DNA of 64,000 nt, taken from contig JAGLME010000004.1 in NCBI GenBank assembly GCA_023140195.1, positions 8,578 to 72,577 of the forward strand. Reading direction: 5' to 3'. The position numbers and the translations under genes were made by a program. Positions 29,741 to 39,316 of the stretch are shown one piece after another. The notes beneath the pieces are model-generated. The model ran no database searches. It was not told the DNA's origin and saw only the letters and a list, made by a program, of their open reading frames with translations. Every line of letters starts with the position of its first letter. Position 1 is the first letter of the stretch. The stretch is from Thermoplasmata archaeon. GTDB lineage: Archaea > Thermoplasmatota > Thermoplasmata > RBG-16-68-12 > SOIM01.

Positions 29741-29976
29741 GAGACCTGGATGAGCAATTGAGAGTGGCCCAGCTGGAATTGGAGGACTGGAAGGAGAAGC
29801 AGGTCCATGTGGAGAAGGAGCTCAACGAAACTGAAGAGGAGGAGAAAGGCCTTCTCGCGGAGCTTGCCAGGGTCCAAGAACAGATATCGTACTACGAATC
29901 ATTGCAGAGCGACATGAAGAAGGAGCTGGGTCCGCCCAAGCTCTCCGGAATGCTCAGTTCGCTCAAGAAGGGATAG
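29737..29976 (+). CDS. small coiled-coil protein (translationally coupled to the previous one)
   Basis: GTG start inside the GTGA overlap. 79 aa, Glu/Leu/Lys-rich. Confidence 0.3.
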   Translation: MRDLDEQLRVAQLELEDWKEKQVHVEKELNETEEEEKGLLAELARVQEQISYYESLQSDMKKELGPPKLSGMLSSLKKG

Positions 29977-29984
29977 GTGGTCCT

Positions 29985-30986
29985 TTGAAGGTTATCATTG
30001 AGGGGGAGAAGAGAGAGGTCAAGACTGTCTGGATGGAAGATGGCATCGTGAAGCTGATCGACCAGAGGAAGCTCCCGGACAAGTATGATCTCTTCAATGC
30101 CAGAAGCGTGGAGGAAGTGGGTTTCGCCATTGAGGACATGGTTGTGAGAGGCGCACCAGCGATCGGTGCGACCGCGGCATACGGAATGGCCCAAGCAAGC
30201 CTTAAGAACAGGGACCTGGAGGAGGCTGCACACATCCTGAGGGACACCAGACCGACGGCGCACGACCTATTCCATGCGATTGACCACATGCTGAAGGAAT
30301 TGAAGGAGGGGAAGGATCCGGTGGTCGCGGCAGACCTCTACGCGGATGATATCACGGAAAGGTGCAGGAAGATAGGCATCAACGGCAACGAGGTCATCAA
30401 GGACGGGGATAGGATACTCACTCACTGCAATGCTGGTGCTCTCGCCACGGTGGATTATGGAACGGCTCTCGCTCCCATGCGTTCGGCACACGAGAGCGGG
30501 AAGGAGATATTCATCTGGGTGGACGAGACCAGACCGAGATTGCAGGGAGCATGCTTGACCTCCTGGGAGCTCGTGGGTGAAGGCATTCCCCACGCTATAG
30601 TGGCCGATAACGCGGCTGGATACTACATGAAGGATGGGCAGGTCAACCTGTGCATAGTCGGGGCGGACAGGATAGCGGCCAACGGAGACGTGGCAAACAA
30701 GATCGGTACCTACAGCAAGGCGGTCATAGCCAAGGAGAACGGCATCCCATTCTACGTCGCGGCTCCGGTCAGCACCTTCGACTTCAAACTCGCGGAGGGG
30801 GATATGATACCCATCGAGGAGAGGGACCCCCAGGAAGTGTTGGTATTTAGGGGCAAGAGAATCGCACCCTTGCAGGCGGAAGCAAGGAACCCGGCATTCG
30901 ACGTGACGCCCGCGAAGTACATCACCGGCTACATAACAGAGAAAGGGGTGCTCGCTGCCGAGGAACTTATAATATTGTCGCAATGA
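29985..30986 (+). CDS. eIF-2B alpha/beta/delta-like isomerase (MtnA / ribose-1,5-bisphosphate isomerase family)
   Basis: VRGAPAIGATAAYGMA plus family-typical TRPTAHDLF and ANKIGTY motifs. 333 aa. Confidence 0.8.
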   Translation: MKVIIEGEKREVKTVWMEDGIVKLIDQRKLPDKYDLFNARSVEEVGFAIEDMVVRGAPAIGATAAYGMAQASLKNRDLEEAAHILRDTRPTAHDLFHAIDHMLKELKEGKDPVVAADLYADDITERCRKIGINGNEVIKDGDRILTHCNAGALATVDYGTALAPMRSAHESGKEIFIWVDETRPRLQGACLTSWELVGEGIPHAIVADNAAGYYMKDGQVNLCIVGADRIAANGDVANKIGTYSKAVIAKENGIPFYVAAPVSTFDFKLAEGDMIPIEERDPQEVLVFRGKRIAPLQAEARNPAFDVTPAKYITGYITEKGVLAAEELIILSQ

Positions 30987-31174
30987 TTTTAAGGTTTGAG
31001 TGTTCTCTTATTCCGATGGACTGTCCAGTATGCGGATATCATAATGATGAAAATGTTAATTGCTGCGAGAGATGCGGCACCGATTTCTCATTTCTGAAGA
31101 CAAAAGATGGAACCGGGGACAATCCTTTCAATAGGGTCAAGAGGGGAGCAAAGGACGAGGACGAAAGCGACTGA
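30983..31174 (+). CDS. small zinc-ribbon protein
   Basis: CPVCGY...CCERCG. 63 aa. Start overlaps the upstream stop. Confidence 0.35.
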   Translation: MILRFECSLIPMDCPVCGYHNDENVNCCERCGTDFSFLKTKDGTGDNPFNRVKRGAKDEDESD

Positions 31175-31223
31175 GGCGGTCTTCTGAGATAAGATTTTAA
31201 CCTATCAGCACTTTTTCCGCCAC

Positions 31224-32261
31224 ATGTACCTGGTCACTACCTGGTTCGGTTCGTTTCTCATCAAAGATGATGAAATCGTTGAGAAGAAGCTGTTCCCAGC
31301 GGACAAGGAGGAGATAGCTCAGAGGTTGATCAGGGTCGAAGACTGGAAGATGGTCAGGGAAGAAAATGAACTGGTAAAGAACCTGGAGGAGTTCTTCGTT
31401 CTGGAGAAGAGGTTGGAGAGGATCGGAGGAACGTACTCACAGGAGGAGCTGGAACAGCCGAAGCCGGAGGACCATGGGTTCAACAAGTCCCTTCTCAGGG
31501 ACGCGATGATAGAGGTCGCCAAGAAAAGGCTGAGAAAGGCGGTCGGGACGGATGATCATGTCTCCCAGGCGGTGCATGCGATCGATGACCTGATCCGGAC
31601 GTCAAACCTTCTTTCCGAGAGGCTCCATGCATGGTACAATCTTCATTTCCCGGAGCTGGAGAAGTTCGTGAGCGGGGCCAAATATGCCAAGTTGATTGCG
31701 GAACATGGAGACAGGGAGAGCATCCCGAGTGTGGAGTTCGAAGGGTCGGTTGGTGCAGAACTGGCCGAGGAGGACAGGGAGACCATAATGCACTTTGCAC
31801 AGCTCCTGACCGAGGTGGACTCCGAGAAGAGGAAACTGGAGGAGTACATAGAAGCCAACATGAAGGATCTGGCTTCCAACTTGTCCCACCTGGCAGGTCC
31901 CCTGATAGGTGCAAGACTGATCTCACTGGCCGGGGGTCTGGACGAGCTCGCGAAGATGCCCTCGAGCACCATTCAACTTCTGGGAGCGGAGAAGGCGTTG
32001 TTCAGGCACATCAAGGAAGGGACGAAACCTCCCAAACATGGAGTCATATTTCAGCATCCTTACCTCCACAAGGCACCATACTGGCAGAGAGGTAACATCG
32101 CAAGGACCTTCGCGGGGAAGATCGCGATAGCCGCAAGGGCGGACCACTACTCCAAGGAGTTCATAGCGGATGGGTTGAAGATTGACCTGGAGAAGGCCTT
32201 CAAGGAAATCAGGAAAAAGCACAAGGACCCTCCAGTGCGCCTGAAGAAGAGAAGGAAGTAG
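31224..32261 (+). CDS. nop5: C/D box sRNP protein Nop5 (Nop56/58)
   Basis: NOSIC (LHAWYNLHFPELEKF) and Nop domain (LLGAEKALFRHIKEGTKPPKHGVIFQHP), with a KKRRK tail. Confidence 0.8.
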   Translation: MYLVTTWFGSFLIKDDEIVEKKLFPADKEEIAQRLIRVEDWKMVREENELVKNLEEFFVLEKRLERIGGTYSQEELEQPKPEDHGFNKSLLRDAMIEVAKKRLRKAVGTDDHVSQAVHAIDDLIRTSNLLSERLHAWYNLHFPELEKFVSGAKYAKLIAEHGDRESIPSVEFEGSVGAELAEEDRETIMHFAQLLTEVDSEKRKLEEYIEANMKDLASNLSHLAGPLIGARLISLAGGLDELAKMPSSTIQLLGAEKALFRHIKEGTKPPKHGVIFQHPYLHKAPYWQRGNIARTFAGKIAIAARADHYSKEFIADGLKIDLEKAFKEIRKKHKDPPVRLKKRRK

Positions 32262-32306
32262 ACCGCCGATAGACAAAACTATATGTAAAACAGCCATTAT
32301 CACCGA

Positions 32307-32702
32307 GTGGTATCCATGTCCTGGAATATGGCTGAACTGAGAACTCTGAAACCCAACAGATTCATCATAATCGATGACGAACCATGCAAGATAACGAGCC
32401 TGAGCAAATCCAAGCCAGGGAAGCACGGAGAGGCCAAGGCAAGGGTGGAAGCGGTAGGGATCTTCGACAACCAGAAGAGGACCCTCGTTCATCCGGTCAC
32501 TCACAAGGTCAAGGTGCCCATAATAGACAAAAGGAAGGCGCAGGTGCTCGTATTGATGGGGTCAGAGGTCCAGCTGATGGACATGGAAACATATGAGACG
32601 TTCAACTTGCCCATCCCGGACGAGTTCGCTGGGAAATTGGACCCCGGGAAGGAGATCCTGTACTTCGTGGCGATGGGAAGGAAGAGGATAACCAGGGTGT
32701 AG
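32307..32702 (+). CDS. translation initiation factor 5A (aIF-5A)
   Basis: Hypusine loop [14 protein letters not shown]. 131 aa with SH3-like plus OB domains. Confidence 0.85.
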   Translation: MVSMSWNMAELRTLKPNRFIIIDDEPCKITSLSKSKPGKHGEAKARVEAVGIFDNQKRTLVHPVTHKVKVPIIDKRKAQVLVLMGSEVQLMDMETYETFNLPIPDEFAGKLDPGKEILYFVAMGRKRITRV

Positions 32703-32712
32703 TGGGGGACTC

Positions 32713-33570
32713 ATGCCAGGACTCCTATTCGCTGATGCAAGTTCGACTCTAGATGATTCTGATTTTGCCATCTTTGGCGTACCTTTCGACGGCACCAGCT
32801 CGTTCAGGTCAGGAACCGCACAGGCACCCGAACGGATAAGGGAGGCCTCTCACAACTTCGAGACCTTCAAGTTCGAGCATGGTGAGGACATGGAATCCAT
32901 CAGGTATTGCGACCTTGGGGACCTGGAGGGGTTCAAGAACGTTGACCTCATGATGCAGGGAGTGGAGGCCTTCTCAAGTGACCTGGTGAGAAAGAACAAG
33001 TTCCCCATAGCTCTGGGCGGCGAGCATTCTATCAGTCCGGCCATCGTGAAGAGCTTCGAGGACATAGGGGTCATCTCCCTGGATGCGCACCTGGATTTCA
33101 GGAACGAATACGAGGGGGAGAAGAACAGCCATGCATGCTCCACCAGGCGGATATCGGATTCCGTAGGCGTGGAGGGTGTGGTCCCAATAGGGGTAAGGTC
33201 AATGTCAAAGGAGGAGTCCAAGGATGCAGAGGAACTGGGGCTGAGGTTCATATCCAGCTACGCCTTCCAGAAGAATCCGAACATGAAGGAAACAGTGGAA
33301 AGGGCCCTGAAATGGATGGGCAGGGAGAGGATCTACTTGACGCTGGATATGGACGTGTTCGATCCTGCTTATGCCCCGGGCATCAGCAACCCAGAGCCTT
33401 TCGGACTTGAACCCATCGAGATCAAAAGGTGCATAAATCACCTTTCGGACAGGTTGGTGGGCTTTGATGTGGTCGAGGTCTCTCCTCCATTCGATAACGG
33501 CAACACTTCCGCTCTCGCAGCGAGACTTGTGAGAGAAGTGATCATGGCGGTCTGGAAAGCTCAGATGTAG
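32713..33570 (+). CDS. speB: agmatinase (arginase/ureohydrolase family)
   Basis: Mn-binding motifs GGEHSIS, DAHLDF and LTLDMDVFDPAYAPG. Confidence 0.8.
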   Translation: MPGLLFADASSTLDDSDFAIFGVPFDGTSSFRSGTAQAPERIREASHNFETFKFEHGEDMESIRYCDLGDLEGFKNVDLMMQGVEAFSSDLVRKNKFPIALGGEHSISPAIVKSFEDIGVISLDAHLDFRNEYEGEKNSHACSTRRISDSVGVEGVVPIGVRSMSKEESKDAEELGLRFISSYAFQKNPNMKETVERALKWMGRERIYLTLDMDVFDPAYAPGISNPEPFGLEPIEIKRCINHLSDRLVGFDVVEVSPPFDNGNTSALAARLVREVIMAVWKAQM

Positions 33571-34187
33571 CCGGGTATGTCCTTCTTTTTCTTCCAGATT
33601 GTGTCCAGGTCGTATCGGTCCAGCTCATTCCCGAACTTCTTGTCCAGCTTGTCCTTGCTCTTCCTGAGGTCCGCAGGAGAGATGCTCGGATCGTCGGATG
33701 CCGTCTTCAGCTTGTTTATTTCTTTAAGGAGAGTGCCGTCAAAACTAACGCCACCCATGACCAGTATTGCAAGGGTGTTCTTCATGATGTCGAGCTCCAT
33801 CCTTATCCTCTCCCGCGTGTCCACCTTGTAGACCTTCCTGTTCATCCTCACCAGGAACTCGCGGTGGTTCTTCAGAGATGTCAGAATGTTCTCTATCCTC
33901 TCGCTGGTCCTGAGAAGGTACTCCTCCAGCTTCAAGATGGAATCGTTGAGCTTCCCGAGGCCGGCCTTGTCCCCCTTCCGGGTCCTGGTCGACATGCCCA
34001 GGGCGTCCATAACGATTTCCTCCCTCCTGATCCGGGTTTCCATCTTCCTGGCCAGCTTCCGGGTCTCCTTCTTCTCCCTCCTCATTTTCTCGGAGACCTT
34101 GGAGACGTCGGACTCAAGCTTCTTGAACGATCTTTCCAGATCCTTAAGCCTGGAGGACGTGTCGTCATCCTGGGAGACCATCATCAA
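33561..34187 (-). CDS. hypothetical coiled-coil protein
   Basis: 208 aa, Lys/Glu/Arg-rich heptads, no catalytic motif. Confidence 0.35.
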   Translation of the reverse strand: MMMVSQDDDTSSRLKDLERSFKKLESDVSKVSEKMRREKKETRKLARKMETRIRREEIVMDALGMSTRTRKGDKAGLGKLNDSILKLEEYLLRTSERIENILTSLKNHREFLVRMNRKVYKVDTRERIRMELDIMKNTLAILVMGGVSFDGTLLKEINKLKTASDDPSISPADLRKSKDKLDKKFGNELDRYDLDTIWKKKKDIPGYI

Positions 34188-34300
34188 TTCATACCGAAGT
34201 ATCGGTTATTAAACTTCCGTTTTGAGTTTCACCAGATGGAACGTTCGTTCCCAGAAACCGAAATAATCATTATCCATAAGCCACTATTGAGGGCAGTTCT

Positions 34301-35347
34301 ATGGCACAGGCTATCATCAAGGTGGAGAACCTCTCGAAGACCTTCATTTCGAAAGAGCGCAAGAAATTTCTCAGACCGAAAAAAAGGACGATCGAAGCGT
34401 TGAAGGATGTAGACCTGACAATCTACGACGGAGAGATATTCGGCCTCCTGGGACCCAACGGAGCAGGAAAGACCACCCTCATCAAATGCCTCACCACCCT
34501 CCTCATACCCTCGGGAGGGGCAGCCTGGGTGAACGGTTTCGACCTTCTGAAGGAGGAGAACATGGTGAGGGCGTCCCTGGGCTGCATGCTCATGGGTGAG
34601 AGGGGGCTCTACTGGAAGCTCACCGGCAGGGAGAACCTGGACTACTTCGGGGCCCTGTACCACGTGCCCAAGGAGAAGAGGGTTGAGAGGATAACCTACC
34701 TCAAGGAACTGCTGAAGATGGGGGAGTTCATCGACAGGACGGTGGAGACGTACTCCAGCGGCCAAAAGATGATAATGGCATTCGCCAAATCCCTGATCAA
34801 CAACGCCCCAATTCTCTTCCTGGACGAGCCGACGGTCACCATGGATGTGCACGCTGCAAGAGACCTCCGAAGGATCGTCAAACAGCTCAACAAGGAAGGC
34901 CACACCATAGTCTACACGACCCACCAGATGTACGAGGCCGAGGAGCTCTGCGATAGGGTCGCCATCATCGACAAAGGGGAGATCATCGCACTGGGAACCC
35001 CAACAGAACTGAAGAAGTCATTGAATGTGAAGGACGCAATCGAGCTGGAAGGAGCAATACCGAAGGGCGTCGTCCAGATAATCAAAGAGATGCCTGGGGT
35101 CATAGAGGCTGCAATCAAGGAGGAGAAGAGAGGGACAACCACGCTTGGGATCATGTGTGAGAACAGCCGGATTATACTGCCCAAGCTGATGGAGGTCCTG
35201 CTGGAGAACGAGGTGCAGATCGAGTACATCAAGCCCATGGACGCGACACTGGAGGACGTTTTCATAGTCAAGACCGGAAGGGCCTTGAGCGTGGACACCG
35301 CCGAATTGGCGAAAGAGAAGGACAGGGGCGCTGGGGGCCTGGATTAG
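34301..35347 (+). CDS. ABC transporter ATP-binding protein
   Basis: Walker A GPNGAGKTT, signature SSGQK and Walker B ILFLDEPT. C-terminal regulatory extension. Confidence 0.85.
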   Translation: MAQAIIKVENLSKTFISKERKKFLRPKKRTIEALKDVDLTIYDGEIFGLLGPNGAGKTTLIKCLTTLLIPSGGAAWVNGFDLLKEENMVRASLGCMLMGERGLYWKLTGRENLDYFGALYHVPKEKRVERITYLKELLKMGEFIDRTVETYSSGQKMIMAFAKSLINNAPILFLDEPTVTMDVHAARDLRRIVKQLNKEGHTIVYTTHQMYEAEELCDRVAIIDKGEIIALGTPTELKKSLNVKDAIELEGAIPKGVVQIIKEMPGVIEAAIKEEKRGTTTLGIMCENSRIILPKLMEVLLENEVQIEYIKPMDATLEDVFIVKTGRALSVDTAELAKEKDRGAGGLD

Positions 35348-36222
35348 TGGCGGGACCGATAGCTGGCTTGGGTTACTACGAGAAAAGCGCCAGGACCAGT
35401 TTTGGAGTATTCTCGTCCGTGCTGAAGGCGAGGTTCAGGATCGTCTCCAGATACAAGGGCGCCCTTTTGATGGAACTCTTCATGCCGATCGTCTTCGCGG
35501 CACTGCCCATACTTCTGGGCGTCTCGATAGCCAGCGGAGGAGTGGACGTCGGGCAGAACTGGAAGGACACCACAGGAACGGCCGACTTCAAGGCCTACAT
35601 GCTGATCGGCTCCTCCACATTCATGGTTGTGATGCTGATGACCTGGCTTGTGGGCTTCTGGCTGCGGAGGGAGATGGTCTCCGGTACTCTCGAGTCGGTC
35701 TGGGTATCCCCAGCAAAGAAATACCTGATCATAGGCGGGGTCACTGGTTATGCACTGATACGAGCATTCGTCGCTTTCGTCCTGTCCTTCGTTCTCGGTT
35801 CATTCGTGTTCGGCATCAATCTCTTCCAAGGTAACATGTTGATGGCGGCGATGTTCATTCTGGTCGGGCTGCTTCCCCTGTGGGGGATCAGCTTCATGTT
35901 CGGTGCGTTGATCCTGAGGATTAAGGAAGCGGACTCGATAATCAACCTTCTACAGTGGGTCCTATCCTTCTTCATGGGGGTCTTCTTCCCGATCACCGTG
36001 CTCCCGGGCTTCCTCCGGTTGATCGCCCAGTCCTTTCCTCCCACCTGGATGACCAACGGTGTCAGGGCGGCCCTGCTGGACGTGAGCTTCTTCTTCGAGA
36101 CCTGGTACCTCGACCTGGCCATGATTTTAGTTTTCGCCGCAGTGTTCCCGTTGATGGGTTACGGTATTTTCATCGCCACTGAGAGGAGAATGAAAAAGAC
36201 CCAAGGGATGGGGATGTATTGA
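35347..36222 (+). CDS. ABC-2 type transporter permease
   Basis: Six TM segments. Start overlaps the ATPase stop. Confidence 0.6.
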   Translation: MAGPIAGLGYYEKSARTSFGVFSSVLKARFRIVSRYKGALLMELFMPIVFAALPILLGVSIASGGVDVGQNWKDTTGTADFKAYMLIGSSTFMVVMLMTWLVGFWLRREMVSGTLESVWVSPAKKYLIIGGVTGYALIRAFVAFVLSFVLGSFVFGINLFQGNMLMAAMFILVGLLPLWGISFMFGALILRIKEADSIINLLQWVLSFFMGVFFPITVLPGFLRLIAQSFPPTWMTNGVRAALLDVSFFFETWYLDLAMILVFAAVFPLMGYGIFIATERRMKKTQGMGMY

Positions 36223-37079
36223 GCGCCGGCGGAACGATCCACAGGGGTTTTGGGCTTTCTGATCTGGGCTTACGGCAGACATTCTACACGTTCTTGAGCA
36301 TGTCCAAGAAGACGGTGGTGGAGTTCTCTCGCTATCCTGTGTCCTTCGTGGCGACATTCGCGCAGACCCTCATGATACTAGCCATGTTCATGCTGGCTGC
36401 GATCGTGTTCATGGGCAGTGAGTCCGGACTGTCCGAACTGGCGGGGATAATGGTGTACGGTTTCATCCTGAACATGTTCCTGATCTTCGTCCTTTGGGAG
36501 ATAGGGTTCTCCATAAGGGAGGAGCAGTACCGAGGGACTCTGGAATCTCTCTATCTGTCGCCTGCAAACAAGTTCAGCAACCTGATATCGAGGGTCTTCG
36601 CAATCGGTTCATGGACAGTTGTGATGGTGATCGCCGCCTTGGCCATCGTCAACTACTACGTCGGGGGACTGCCGGCCAACGACGTCATGCTGGCGTTGTT
36701 CGTGCTGTTCTTTTCGATCACTGGCATCCTGGGAATCGGTTTCGTGGTGTCCGCGATAGTCCTGAGGCTCAAGGAGAGCGCCGAGCTGCTGGTAAGTGTG
36801 CTACAGTTCTTCTTCATGATATTCTGCGCCATGTTCTTCCCGTTCTATGCCCTGCCCGACGAGATACTGAACTACGTGAGCAGATGGATCCCCCTGAGCT
36901 ACGGCGTGGATTCGTTCAGGTCCATTCTTGTTGGCCAAACACCTGAGCTCATCGCCAACGTTGGCATCGAGATAGTGATCGTCGTCCTGTTCGGGATCCT
37001 CTCGCCGCTCATTGGCTATTTCCTCTACAAGTACAACGAAAGAAAGGCAAGACTGGAAGGGTCCCTGGCCGAGTACTGA
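36219..37079 (+). CDS. ABC-2 type transporter permease (second subunit)
   Basis: Six TM segments with a 4-nt overlap to the previous gene. Paralogous to 35347-36222. Confidence 0.6.
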   Translation: MSAGGTIHRGFGLSDLGLRQTFYTFLSMSKKTVVEFSRYPVSFVATFAQTLMILAMFMLAAIVFMGSESGLSELAGIMVYGFILNMFLIFVLWEIGFSIREEQYRGTLESLYLSPANKFSNLISRVFAIGSWTVVMVIAALAIVNYYVGGLPANDVMLALFVLFFSITGILGIGFVVSAIVLRLKESAELLVSVLQFFFMIFCAMFFPFYALPDEILNYVSRWIPLSYGVDSFRSILVGQTPELIANVGIEIVIVVLFGILSPLIGYFLYKYNERKARLEGSLAEY

Positions 37080-37083
37080 TCGC

Positions 37084-38157
37084 TCAGGTCTTCAAGATCT
37101 TCTCGCACAGATCAAGGTCCTTTACCAAGCGGTCATGTATCGAAGAGTTCTCATCCATTACGAGCTTGACCTTCCCGTTGGTATAGTCCTGGCTGGTCTT
37201 TCCCCTCCATTCACCGAACATAACGACGCCCGTCCCGCCAAGGACCAGGACACCGAACTTCACAGCAAGGTCGTGGAACATCTGAAGGGTGCCCCAGGGA
37301 CTTATCGGACCTCCGCGGTATTCTGTCTTGGGATACACCAGAGTATGATACATGAGTGAGTGGTTCTTGGCATGATCGGCCATGTTCTGGTCCATTGTGA
37401 TCAGGGCGATGTTCATCCCGCATTGCTGACCGAAGAACTTGTAGCTCTTCACGATCTCGATGTCCACCTGCTCCTTGTCCCGAGGGATGGTGGTTTGATC
37501 TGTGGCGTGGGCGGACAGCTCTCTTGTGAAGTAGTCGAGCTCCTGCTGGGCGAGTTTCGCCTTCCTGGTCATGAGCATGTTCCGGTTTGCGAACTCGTTC
37601 AGGTATTTTCGGTTCTTGAAGGAACTCTTCATCTTCACCAGGTTGCCGGACCTGTACTTGTACTTGATGCGGTTGGATATCTCGGTCCTGACCAGATCGC
37701 TGATGACCACCTCAATGTCTTCTGCGCTGAAGCCCATGTCTTTTGCAGGTAGCGTGCCGGTGAAGAACCTGTTGTAGAGGATGTTGGTGTCGATCGCGAA
37801 ACACAGGGTACCCGCCATTCTCCTTGGGTCTTTGGAACCTCCCACAAGATCGCTCAACCACTTGCTGAACTCGTCCCAGTTGGCGTAATCCTGGGCGCCG
37901 CATGAGAGGAATGTGCTTTCAAGATCCCCAAAGGCGGGCAGATCCGAGATCAAGAAGTTGCTATCCGGCATATGCTCGGAGCGGATGGTCTGCATCTTCT
38001 CCTTCCTTATCACGTTCCTGATCCTGAAATCCAGATAGAAATCGAACAGGCTGACGTCATAGAAAGGGTACTTGACCACGAAGGAGCTTTTCCCCTGGGA
38101 ATGAAGCTCGTTGAAGAGCACCATCAGAAGGTCCTGAGCAATCACCCTCTCGGTCAT
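37084..38157 (-). CDS. PIN-domain-containing protein (predicted nuclease), 357 aa
   Basis: FAIDTNILY (first Asp), VISDLVRTEI (Glu) and ALITMDQNMADHA (third/fourth Asp) fit PIN catalytic residues. N- and C-terminal regions are unassigned. 4-nt overlap with the upstream gene. Confidence 0.4.
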   Translation of the reverse strand: MTERVIAQDLLMVLFNELHSQGKSSFVVKYPFYDVSLFDFYLDFRIRNVIRKEKMQTIRSEHMPDSNFLISDLPAFGDLESTFLSCGAQDYANWDEFSKWLSDLVGGSKDPRRMAGTLCFAIDTNILYNRFFTGTLPAKDMGFSAEDIEVVISDLVRTEISNRIKYKYRSGNLVKMKSSFKNRKYLNEFANRNMLMTRKAKLAQQELDYFTRELSAHATDQTTIPRDKEQVDIEIVKSYKFFGQQCGMNIALITMDQNMADHAKNHSLMYHTLVYPKTEYRGGPISPWGTLQMFHDLAVKFGVLVLGGTGVVMFGEWRGKTSQDYTNGKVKLVMDENSSIHDRLVKDLDLCEKILKT

Positions 38158-38720
38158 TCATTGCCCCCTTGGAGAAAATCGTTGGAGTGCTGGATGATGA
38201 GAGGTATCATCAGGTAAGGCCTGTCCGCGTTGGTGGTGTCCTCGATGTAAAGATAGAAGATGTGGTCGGCCTTGTGCCTGTCAGCGGCTATCAGAGAAGG
38301 GCTGGATATCGCCTTCCTGGCCGAGGTGATGTCCAGGGCGACCTTGTTCTTCGCCTTCTTCTCCTTCTTGATGATGTCGGAGATCTTCTTGCCGGTTGCA
38401 ATGAAATCGTTCTCAGGGAGCTCCACGATGATTATTGAAGGCTTCTTGTCACGGCCCTCCAAAAGCGTCAGGATCCGTTGCTCATTCCTCTGGGCGCCCT
38501 TCATGTTCTTCTTGGTGCTGCAGATGTACACCTTATCCGGGATGTAGCCCTGCTCGCGGACGCTGGCCCAAAGGCTGTTGATCAACGCCCATTCTGACTG
38601 GCCTGACAGGGTGATGTATACCTTCAGCCGTTCTCCTCCTCGTCTTTGGATAGGATACTGGCGTAATATAGATTTTGGATTATTGGTGGAGATTCTCCCT
38701 GTGGTATCTCTGGACATCAT
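38154..38720 (-). CDS. CARF-like Rossmann-domain protein without HTH (Csa3 N-domain-like)
   Basis: LKVYITLSGQSEWALINSLWA, then SIIIVELPEN and ALDITSARKAIS, parallel the two CARF motifs of its neighbours. Start uncertain (41-nt overlap with the upstream gene). Confidence 0.3.
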   Translation of the reverse strand: MMSRDTTGRISTNNPKSILRQYPIQRRGGERLKVYITLSGQSEWALINSLWASVREQGYIPDKVYICSTKKNMKGAQRNEQRILTLLEGRDKKPSIIIVELPENDFIATGKKISDIIKKEKKAKNKVALDITSARKAISSPSLIAADRHKADHIFYLYIEDTTNADRPYLMIPLIIQHSNDFLQGGNE

Positions 38721-39312
38721 TCCCTGAGAGGTAGATGTTCCCGTCCTCCACGGTCACGTCCAGAAACTCCATCTTCTTCAATCCCCTGATCGCCTTCTGC
38801 ACGGACGAAATGGCATGCCCGTCCTCGACAAGCATCTGCTCGAACTCCTTGCGCTCCACCTTCCCCTCCATCTTGAGGATGACCTTTCTCTCCATCTCTG
38901 TTAGCATCTCTCTTGCGGACAATCCCACTATGGTCGGGAGTTCAATGAGCTGGTCTTCACAATGATACGCTTTGACACCTTCCTGGAAGCTGGCCAGCAG
39001 AGCAGCATCGGATAATACCTTGGTCCCGCCGCTGAAATTGACGATCACTTCCGCACCTGTTCTGGAGTACTTGTCAATGGCCTCCCTGACCTTCTTCAGG
39101 CAATCCATGAAGTCAAAGACGTTGACAACAACCGTGTCCATTCCTGTGGGTCCACCCGACTCTATCTCCTGAAGGCGTTTGTAACTGTCCTTCTTGAGGG
39201 AATCCTCACCGGTCACCACGACGAGTCGGTCATAGGCCAGCATTCTCATCGCAGATTGGATCTTCGTATCGTCGAAGCCGAATGTGGTTATGAGAATGCG
39301 CGTGGGGTTCAA
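38680..39312 (-). CDS. Csa3-like CARF + winged-HTH transcription regulator
   Basis: ILITTFGFDDTKIQSAMRMLAYDRLVVVTGE, VIVNFSGGTKVLSDAALLASF and a C-terminal wHTH, compared with Csa3 VTMGFNE...LVIVVP and DLTMGMR (recalled from memory). Confidence 0.45.
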   Translation of the reverse strand: MNPTRILITTFGFDDTKIQSAMRMLAYDRLVVVTGEDSLKKDSYKRLQEIESGGPTGMDTVVVNVFDFMDCLKKVREAIDKYSRTGAEVIVNFSGGTKVLSDAALLASFQEGVKAYHCEDQLIELPTIVGLSAREMLTEMERKVILKMEGKVERKEFEQMLVEDGHAISSVQKAIRGLKKMEFLDVTVEDGNIYLSGNDVQRYHRENLHQ

Positions 39313-39316
39313 TCAA

